A stretch of DNA of 64,000 bases from Patescibacteria group bacterium (GTDB taxonomy: Bacteria; Patescibacteriota; Microgenomatia; UBA8517): assembly GCA_035291665.1 (NCBI GenBank), contig DATDRP010000001.1, positions 223,127-287,126 on the forward strand. The letters are read 5' to 3'. The stretch's first letter is position 1, and each line of letters begins with the position of its first letter. The translations under genes were made by a program, and so were the position numbers. Below, piece by piece: positions 56,891 through 64,000 of this stretch. The notes below the pieces were generated by a model. The model was not told where the DNA came from. It made no database searches and worked only from the letters and a program-made list of their open reading frames with translations.

Positions 56891-58496
56891 TGGTCGAAAT
56901 TATTTTTTTTATATACAAAAATGTAGGTGAAATTTTTAATTTGAATAAATCTTCACCGTCATTGTGTTTTACATTAATTCTTTGAATTTTAAATCGGTTG
57001 TCTTTTAATTTTGAATAATAATTATTTTCTGTTGTAAACGCTGCTTTAAATTTATTTACCTTTAATAATTTAACCATATTTTCATTGTGTTGTCCGTGAG
57101 GATAAGCAAAATATTTAGTTTTTATTCCAATATATTTTGACAGTAACATTTTTGACAAAATAATATCAACCGAAGCTTCTTCCGGGCTTATTTGGGTCAT
57201 ATCCCGGTGAGTATGGTTATGGGATCCGATCGTCCACCCTTCGGCTTTAAGGCGTTTCAAATCGAGTACATTCAAATATACTTTACCTTGTTTCTTATTC
57301 ATCAAATTATTGCTATTTATAAACACAGTTGGTTTGATAGCCAATTTATTTAGTTCTTCAACAATAGACAAAACACTCTTCAATCCGTCATCAAATGTAA
57401 GCATATAATTTCCTTTGAACTTATTTGCGAAGCTGAAAAATCTGTCAGGAAGAACGAATCGATATATATTGTTAATATAATTAATCTGACGAATAAAAGT
57501 GTTCTTGTCTACCGTATAGTCATCGTCATGATTTCCTATTTCATGATAATTAATTACTAATAAATCAATCTTTCTGACAAGAAATTTATCGCTCAAGGCA
57601 AATATTAATACGCTGAATTTAATACTAAACTTAACAAGTGTATCGATTGTTTTTTGGTTCTTTTGATATATCATTCCAACAATAAAGGCAATCAATTCAA
57701 TAAGTTTGACAAAACAATAACCAAAAAATACAAACGGTTCTTTGTAAATGTTCTCAACGTTTTTGAAAATATTCTTGATACTTCTGTCATACAAATTTAT
57801 TCTTTTTATCCCTTCAGTTCCTTTTGAGGCCACCCTGATGGAATAAAATCCCATCCAAAATTTTTTAATCATACTTTGGATCAATGTAAAATGGTCAAAA
57901 GATATATGAATTGGATTTTTTAAACGGCTAATTTTTAAGTTTTTCTTGTTTAAATTAATCCAAAATCCCCATTCATCAGATTGGCCGTAAAATTTGTTAA
58001 AAGGAAGCTGATGCTCAGAAAAAAGAGATCTTTTGAAAATCCTGGGAGTTTCTGAGTTCTGGTCTTTTACATAGAGACCCTTTTCGAACGTATAAATTCT
58101 GGACAAAACATTTTTATTGATAATCCCTTTTTCGGTTATATAATAAGCATCGGCAATCATTCGTAAACTCAAAATTTCATCTACCAGCTCTTTTGTCAAA
58201 ATCATATCGTGATCAATATATAAAATATATTTTCCCGATGAGTTCAGGAAACCTTTATTTCTTGCATCATTTTTTTCACCCTGGAAAGTTATAAATTTCA
58301 AATTATGAAGTTTGTAGCTTTTAATCAGATCGGCAACTTCTCCTCCGGCGACAATCACCAATTCCACCAAATTGCTTTTAATTTCTGAAAGAGCTTTTAA
58401 GCACTCTTTCAACTGCATCGGATTACCTTTTATACAAAGATTTATAGATATTTTACGATTTTGAAGAGTTTTCATATTATTCTTTCTCCGTTGCAA
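56880..58496 (-). CDS. Fusion: GT2-like N-terminal domain plus C-terminal polysaccharide deacetylase (CE4/NodB)
   Basis: N-terminus VIVAGGE...YIDHDM (GT2-like). Membrane segment. C-terminal NodB motifs LTFDDGLKS...HNHTHRD. 538 aa. Confidence 0.7.
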   Translation of the reverse strand: MQRRKNNMKTLQNRKISINLCIKGNPMQLKECLKALSEIKSNLVELVIVAGGEVADLIKSYKLHNLKFITFQGEKNDARNKGFLNSSGKYILYIDHDMILTKELVDEILSLRMIADAYYITEKGIINKNVLSRIYTFEKGLYVKDQNSETPRIFKRSLFSEHQLPFNKFYGQSDEWGFWINLNKKNLKISRLKNPIHISFDHFTLIQSMIKKFWMGFYSIRVASKGTEGIKRINLYDRSIKNIFKNVENIYKEPFVFFGYCFVKLIELIAFIVGMIYQKNQKTIDTLVKFSIKFSVLIFALSDKFLVRKIDLLVINYHEIGNHDDDYTVDKNTFIRQINYINNIYRFVLPDRFFSFANKFKGNYMLTFDDGLKSVLSIVEELNKLAIKPTVFINSNNLMNKKQGKVYLNVLDLKRLKAEGWTIGSHNHTHRDMTQISPEEASVDIILSKMLLSKYIGIKTKYFAYPHGQHNENMVKLLKVNKFKAAFTTENNYYSKLKDNRFKIQRINVKHNDGEDLFKLKISPTFLYIKKIISTNGK

Positions 58497-61400
58497 ATGC
58501 AGGTGCAGCTTGGGTTATTTTATGTTCATGAATATTCATAAGAATATTCAAAAACCTTTCTGACTGTACTACCCAAGAATAATTTCTGGACCATTCATAG
58601 GCGTTTTTTGAAAGGATCTTCCTGTATCCGTCCATTGTTGTCAGTCCGACAATCGCTTTAGCTAAGATATCAGAATTTTCCAAAGGCACCAAAAGGCCCG
58701 TTAAGCCGTCGGCAACGGAATCCCGAAGCCCGTTTGTGTCTGAAGCGATCACCGGTGTTCCCGACGCATTTGCTTCAACAACAGTAATTCCCCACCCTTC
58801 AAAAGATGAAGGCTGGATCATTGCCCAGGAACGGGCAAGGATTTCTCTTTTTTCCTTTTCACTCACAAAACCTTTAAATTCAATATTTTCCTGCAAACCA
58901 AGCTTCTCGGTTAACAATTTGAGCTTTTCTTCCGATTCTCCCCGTCCGGCAACTATAAATTTCGCATTGGGTATATCTTTTACAACATCTCTGAAAGCTT
59001 TAATTGCAATGTCAACATTTTTATAATCCATCACACGACCCAAATATGAATATGTTGGTACTTCATATTTTTTCATTCTTGAAAAATCTCTCAAATTAAT
59101 TCCCGGATTAATGACATTGATGTTTTCACCGAGAGTCATATTTTCCTTGAGAATATCGTTTTTACTGGACTCCGATACGGTAACAACTTCAACATTTCTA
59201 TACACATTGGGCATCAGTTTCCCTTCAAGAAAACTTGCAAAATACGAAAACGGAAAAATGAGGTGTTTCCTGAAAATTGCCTGATGAACATGATGAATCA
59301 GAAGAACTTTTGGTAAATTTGAAAACAATGGTGAATAAAAAGGAATCCCATTTTCACAATCGACGACAAAGTCAAATTTTCCTCTCATTTTCAGAATATA
59401 ATATATCGGTACCCAAGCATATAAAGTAAAAAACCCGCCTCTTCGTATAATATTAACTCCTTTCAATTTTTCGTCGAATTTGTTTTTACCGTCATTGCCG
59501 CAGAATATTGTTACTCCGTAGCCCTTTTTGACCCACTTTTTTGCAAGCTCGTTAACATATACTTCAGCACCACCTGCCCATCTGTGCTTTATGTCTCTCC
59601 AGTTAAGGATAAGAATATTCAGTCTATTATCTGAATGTGAAACATTTAAAGGCTTTAGCAAATACAATAAAGACACCAGGTTAATCCTCAATGACGTCAT
59701 TTTTACAGTCAGAATATGAAGTGCAAATGTTGAGACAAAATACGATAGCGATGCTGCATAGATAGAACTGACAATTTGTCCAATAGTATCGTGGTTTTGA
59801 ATGATGTATAAAACCTCAAATGCGCTGATCAAAAAACCCAAAAGAGAAAAAGAGTACTGCTTTTTGACTTGGTGATAGGAAACAATTGTCGTTGCCAGAG
59901 TAAACGCAGCAATCGCAAGCGCATAATGCGGTAGATATTCAATAATCTGATAAGCTTTATTTCCAAATAGAAATGGCGCAGAAAGGGTTGAAAATACACC
60001 CAATCCGATATACGAAATTACGATAACTCCGAAGGTTAACCCAAAGATAGCATAAAATGTTTTTAAGCTATCTTTACCTTCACCAATTTTCCTGGCAACC
60101 ACAGGTGTAACAAAACTCGGGAAGAGACTTCCCAAAAAGAAGATCATTTTTCCGCAAAGGGAAAGTATTGCATATTTCCCGGCACTTTCCGGATCCAGAA
60201 GAAAAGTTGCCAATACAACATCAGCGCTCAAAAAGAATGCGACTGTAAACCTATTCAAAAGAGTTGTCAAATAAAATTTGAAGGGAAAATCCGCTTTTAC
60301 TTTAACCCCCCTGCGAATTTTGTTTTCGGGTATTTTCGAAACAATAAACCAGCCAATCAGGAGCGACATAAATAATGAAAACGGCTGATTGTAATAAATG
60401 AGATTAACATTACCAAGAGTTACGGACACAAACGCACCCAGCAGTTTGATAATCGGTACAATAATAGTAATCGCAGCCAGCATGTTGAACTTATGGTTAC
60501 CGCTTAAAAATCCCTGATCAACTGCGGTAATTGCAGAAATAATCAAAGTCGGTGCAACAACGAACAAGGCTAAATCGTTATCATACAAACCCTTTTCTGA
60601 TAAGAATAGCGAACCTATTGCCCAAATAATTCCTACCGGAAGTAATATCAAAAAAGCATATTTTCTGTATTTTGACCAATAATCTTTCCTAATGCCTCCG
60701 CGCCTACCCAATAAATATGCAGCTTTGTAAGAAACTGTGATCAACAGCGTTGCCGTTACGACACTTATAATAAGGTATGCATTAGTCATCAGGCTGGCTG
60801 ATCCGAATTCGGAATAAGTCAAAACCCTACCCAAATAGGCGTTATAAATGTAATTAAGGATGTTGGCGATAATATTCGAAACAATTAAAAGTCCTCCCCC
60901 GAATAGCAAAGTATTAACTTTTCCGAAGATATTGATCGGACTCAAGCGGTTTTTTACTGCAGAATAGCTTGTAAACTCGTGAGAGTCGGATTTCGAATCA
61001 TAGAGAATTTTTTCGGTTGGTTTTTTATTAAAAGTTAATACATTAACGTTGGGAATTAAATTTTTAAGATATGCAAAAGAAATATTAATTTTCGGAAATT
61101 CAAACGTTGGAATAATTGTAATTTCAGGAATAAATGCAACTTTAACTTTGTTCTCGGCTTGTAAATGCAAACCATGTTTGGTTTTCTCCCAATAGTATGG
61201 TTTTGCGATTAATTGATAAAAAGCAATAAAGGCAGCCACGAATGAAAGCATCCAATAAAAAGGAATAAAAAATACATACTGTATTAAGTTCCAATAATTG
61301 CGTTTAGCAAGTCCAATCATATTGGAATAAAAATATGTAAAATTTCCGAAAACCATTGTAAAGACTGCGATATAGAAAATATAAGGCGGATACAAAGCTT

Positions 61401-63288
61401 GAATTTGCGGACCCACAAATCGGTAGAGTGTAAAATAAGCAAGCGTCATCAGCCATAAAAACGGATTAATCAGAATAAATACCATTCTCATTGCTATGAT
61501 CAACTGAAAAAGAACAGCATGCAGTTTAAATTCCCTGAAAAACTCTACAGGTTTACGCATATGAACAAAATATGTTTGCATGTATCCTTTGATCCAACGG
61601 GAGCGTTGTCTTATCCAGCTTTTTATTTTACTATTGGCTTCTTCGAAAGTTACGGAATCAATAATCGCACTTTTATACCCTTTTTTAAATAGCCTTGTTC
61701 CCAAATCACAATCTTCCGTAACATTAAATGCATCCCAGCCGTTTAAAGATTTCAAAACCTCTGTTTTAAAATGATTGCTGGTTCCCCCAAGAGGAATGAA
61801 GGTATCAAAAGACTGAAGACCGGGAAGAGCAATATCAAACCAGAATGAATACTCGGAAGTGAACAATTTGGTCAACAAATTCTGATCCTGATTATAGTAA
61901 TTAAGTTTTGATTGAAGACAAATTGTATTCCTGTCTACCTGCCTGAAAGCAAGAAATGCTTTTTTGAGCTGCAATGGATCGGGTTTATCCTCTGCATCAT
62001 AAATAACAAGATAATCACCTGTTGCTTGATTCAGACCGAAATTACAGGCTTTGGGTTTAGTCTTTGGAAGTGAGGCCGGTACAATTAATATTTTATAATA
62101 AGGAGGAAGCTTCAGATCATACGCTTTATTAATAGTAACCGTGTCATCTTCCTCCAAAAGTAGCAACACTTCAAGTTTGTCTTTCGGCCAATCTATTGAT
62201 TCAATTCCTGATACAAATTGTTTTATAACTTCAGCCTCTTTGTATAAAGGACATAAAATAGTGTAGACGGGTAATTTACTGTCATCTATGTCTGCAATCT
62301 GTGATGGCGAAATTGAGATTTCTTTTGATTTCTTCAAAGATCGGAAAATAGTCACGCCTGTAAACAAAAAATCCGATAAATAGATATACGACAATATTCC
62401 TATCAACAACGTAAGTGTTACTTTAGTAAAAAATATAAGTCCGATGACAAACGTAAATCCAAAAAAAGTCAAAACCAGTTTTTGAATCGGTGTAAAGGTT
62501 TTAACTGCCGATAGTTCAGGATCAAGAGCGGAGTGTGTAATATATTTCTTTCCATTGAAAAAATATCCTTGACCGTCGATACTATCAAACTTATATGCTT
62601 TATTCCCCCTGAGCTTAAGTTTTATCGATTCCCCAGCAATTTGTTTGCCCGCTTTTATAAAATCTATTTTTGAAATACCGGCTTTACGCGGTGAAAAACT
62701 AATTTTTATTGTATCAATTTTGTATCCACTTGCCAGGCACGCTTTAAGGATCGGCATGTCGATTGTCCATTCTTTCACATCGTTTTCACTCAGAAGATCG
62801 ATAACTTCGTGCCTGAAAGCCTTAAGTCCCGATTGAGTATCGCAATCAAATCCGTGAAGTAACTTCTCAAAAATGAGCTTATTCATTGCACTACCCAAGC
62901 GTCTTAGGATTGAGGTCTTTTTACCTGATCTATTCGCGACAACTACTCCAGTATTCTCATCCTCGAGCTTCTGAAGCATTTCAGGAATGGCTTCAGGAGG
63001 ATATTGAAGGTCTCCATCGATCATAACCAGCATCTTTCTGTCTGAAACACTTGAGGCTTCCAAAATGCTGTAAGCTTTTCCCTGACGACCTTTTTTCGTT
63101 AAAAGAATAATTGGGTAAAACTGCTTCAATGCCGAAACCATTGATGCCGTGTTATCCTCGGAAAGGTCGTCCACAAATATAATCCTATATTCATATTTAC
63201 TAGCCAAACTAACATGAATGCGTTTGACCAGTTCAAATATATTTTGTGCTTCATTTTTTACCGGAACAATTACATCAACCTTATTCAT
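58477..63288 (-). CDS. Giant multidomain synthase: GT2, processive GT2 (D, DxD, TED, QxxRW), about 14 transmembrane helices, GT4
   Basis: 1603 aa. Domain 1: VIVPVKNEAQNI...FVDDLSEDNT...IDGDLQYP. Domain 2: ILCPLYKEAEV, YDAEDKPDP, VTEDCDLG, QRSRWIKG, which is the cellulose/chitin/PNAG-synthase motif set. Long polytopic region. C-terminus EGWGITVVEANASGTPVIASDTNG (GT4 E-x7-E). Confidence 0.75.
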   Translation of the reverse strand: MNKVDVIVPVKNEAQNIFELVKRIHVSLASKYEYRIIFVDDLSEDNTASMVSALKQFYPIILLTKKGRQGKAYSILEASSVSDRKMLVMIDGDLQYPPEAIPEMLQKLEDENTGVVVANRSGKKTSILRRLGSAMNKLIFEKLLHGFDCDTQSGLKAFRHEVIDLLSENDVKEWTIDMPILKACLASGYKIDTIKISFSPRKAGISKIDFIKAGKQIAGESIKLKLRGNKAYKFDSIDGQGYFFNGKKYITHSALDPELSAVKTFTPIQKLVLTFFGFTFVIGLIFFTKVTLTLLIGILSYIYLSDFLFTGVTIFRSLKKSKEISISPSQIADIDDSKLPVYTILCPLYKEAEVIKQFVSGIESIDWPKDKLEVLLLLEEDDTVTINKAYDLKLPPYYKILIVPASLPKTKPKACNFGLNQATGDYLVIYDAEDKPDPLQLKKAFLAFRQVDRNTICLQSKLNYYNQDQNLLTKLFTSEYSFWFDIALPGLQSFDTFIPLGGTSNHFKTEVLKSLNGWDAFNVTEDCDLGTRLFKKGYKSAIIDSVTFEEANSKIKSWIRQRSRWIKGYMQTYFVHMRKPVEFFREFKLHAVLFQLIIAMRMVFILINPFLWLMTLAYFTLYRFVGPQIQALYPPYIFYIAVFTMVFGNFTYFYSNMIGLAKRNYWNLIQYVFFIPFYWMLSFVAAFIAFYQLIAKPYYWEKTKHGLHLQAENKVKVAFIPEITIIPTFEFPKINISFAYLKNLIPNVNVLTFNKKPTEKILYDSKSDSHEFTSYSAVKNRLSPINIFGKVNTLLFGGGLLIVSNIIANILNYIYNAYLGRVLTYSEFGSASLMTNAYLIISVVTATLLITVSYKAAYLLGRRGGIRKDYWSKYRKYAFLILLPVGIIWAIGSLFLSEKGLYDNDLALFVVAPTLIISAITAVDQGFLSGNHKFNMLAAITIIVPIIKLLGAFVSVTLGNVNLIYYNQPFSLFMSLLIGWFIVSKIPENKIRRGVKVKADFPFKFYLTTLLNRFTVAFFLSADVVLATFLLDPESAGKYAILSLCGKMIFFLGSLFPSFVTPVVARKIGEGKDSLKTFYAIFGLTFGVIVISYIGLGVFSTLSAPFLFGNKAYQIIEYLPHYALAIAAFTLATTIVSYHQVKKQYSFSLLGFLISAFEVLYIIQNHDTIGQIVSSIYAASLSYFVSTFALHILTVKMTSLRINLVSLLYLLKPLNVSHSDNRLNILILNWRDIKHRWAGGAEVYVNELAKKWVKKGYGVTIFCGNDGKNKFDEKLKGVNIIRRGGFFTLYAWVPIYYILKMRGKFDFVVDCENGIPFYSPLFSNLPKVLLIHHVHQAIFRKHLIFPFSYFASFLEGKLMPNVYRNVEVVTVSESSKNDILKENMTLGENINVINPGINLRDFSRMKKYEVPTYSYLGRVMDYKNVDIAIKAFRDVVKDIPNAKFIVAGRGESEEKLKLLTEKLGLQENIEFKGFVSEKEKREILARSWAMIQPSSFEGWGITVVEANASGTPVIASDTNGLRDSVADGLTGLLVPLENSDILAKAIVGLTTMDGYRKILSKNAYEWSRNYSWVVQSERFLNILMNIHEHKITQAAPAFATEKE

Positions 63289-63608
63289 AGAAAAAAAAAT
63301 AGCCTCAACGGCTATTAAATAATTATAGGATATTATACTTAATTAAGTCTTCAAAATCAAGCTAAAAGGTCAATATGTTGACAATATTTACTCATATTAA
63401 ATTGCTGGCAGGATGTTTCTATACTTTATGGGTTAATAACCGTTTAGAATAACCCCGTTATAACCTGCGAAAACAGTATATCAATTCCGTGTCTATAATC
63501 AAGAAACATTAAATAAAATCCTACGAAGGTATTAGAAAATAAAGTTTTTTATTTGAGAAAATGGAAGCTTTCAAACTGTGAATCACACTCAAACTTTGGC
63601 CATGAACT

Positions 63609-64000
63609 TTATGATTTGTTGCTTTTTATTTTATCGGCCATATAATTATTAACCTTAAGGAGCGATTCAAACGTTCCCGCATCTTCCCACAAACCATCAA
63701 TTATATTCACTTTCAGATTACCTTTCTTCAGATAAATATTATTTATATCAGTAATTTCCAACTCACCGCGTTTTGATGGTTTTAAATTTTTTGAATAACT
63801 GACAACTTTTGAATCATAAACATATAACCCGGTAACTGCAAAATTACTTTTGGGTTTATTCGGTTTTTCCTCAATACTTACTGCTTTCATTTGCGAATCA
63901 AACTCGACTACGCCAAACCTATCCGGATCCGGAACTTTTTTGGCAAATATCATACCGCCACTCCGGAATTTCTCAATATCCGATTCAAAATTATCATCAA
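63609..64000 (-). CDS. rmlA: Glucose-1-phosphate thymidylyltransferase-like sugar nucleotidyltransferase (C-terminal part; N-terminus beyond the window end)
   Basis: In-frame upstream translation continues to the window edge (DDNFESDIEKFRSGGMIFAKKVPDPDRFGVVEFD...), matching the RmlA core and C-terminus. Confidence 0.7.
   Translation of the reverse strand, partial: DDNFESDIEKFRSGGMIFAKKVPDPDRFGVVEFDSQMKAVSIEEKPNKPKSNFAVTGLYVYDSKVVSYSKNLKPSKRGELEITDINNIYLKKGNLKVNIIDGLWEDAGTFESLLKVNNYMADKIKSNKS

Noticed and set aside
1-64000. rRNA genes, CRISPR arrays, integrase/transposase/IS elements, restriction-modification or toxin-antitoxin pairs
   Set aside because: I looked for them and found no supporting sequence. 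The mobile-element inference rests only on tRNA-end direct repeats.

Overview
This is an AT-rich bacterial chromosomal segment, roughly mid-30s % GC by eye. It is gene-dense with many short same-strand overlaps, and its gene content suggests a small-genome lineage such as the Candidate Phyla Radiation (CPR/Patescibacteria); that placement is inference, not a search result.

The left half (1-25 kb) is housekeeping:
- A divergent uvrB/lexA pair with a consensus promoter and a palindromic candidate SOS operator.
- A sugar-phosphate and gluconeogenic operon: eno, PEP synthase-like, bifunctional PGI/PMI-type isomerase, PGM/PMM.
- ruvC.
- A long minus-strand operon gatC-gatA-MFS-gatB-dnaE-rplS-yraN.
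- htpX-lemA, a PolX-family polymerase, and two YhbQ-like GIY-YIG paralogs.

The middle (26-35 kb) is accessory-like:
- tRNA-Asp is followed by two degenerate direct repeats of its own 3' end. They bracket two small integrase-less cassettes: a RibD-C/DHFR-like reductase, and a set of NUDIX, nucleotidyltransferase-like, amidohydrolase-like and GIY-YIG genes.
- tRNA-Gly has its 3' end duplicated, and a second 20-bp direct repeat brackets a VanZ-like gene.
- The region also carries tRNA-Thr, a signal-peptide-less trypsin-like protease, a divergent pair of Cys-motif paralogs, an FNR-like reductase and a LysM protein.

The right half (35-64 kb) is one very large cell-envelope glycan locus:
- O-antigen-ligase-like and Wzx flippase genes, two SAM methyltransferases, five GT2, one GT4 and GT-C-like membrane transferases.
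- Three unusual fusions: GT2 plus a polytopic membrane domain; a GT-C-like membrane domain plus a GH5 hydrolase; and GT2 plus a CE4 deacetylase.
- A 1603-aa GT2 / processive-GT2 (TED, QxxRW) / multi-TM / GT4 synthase.
- Two large secreted PKD-domain proteins sharing a novel C-terminal module.
- A partial rmlA at the window edge.

No rRNA, CRISPR array, integrase or transposase was seen.
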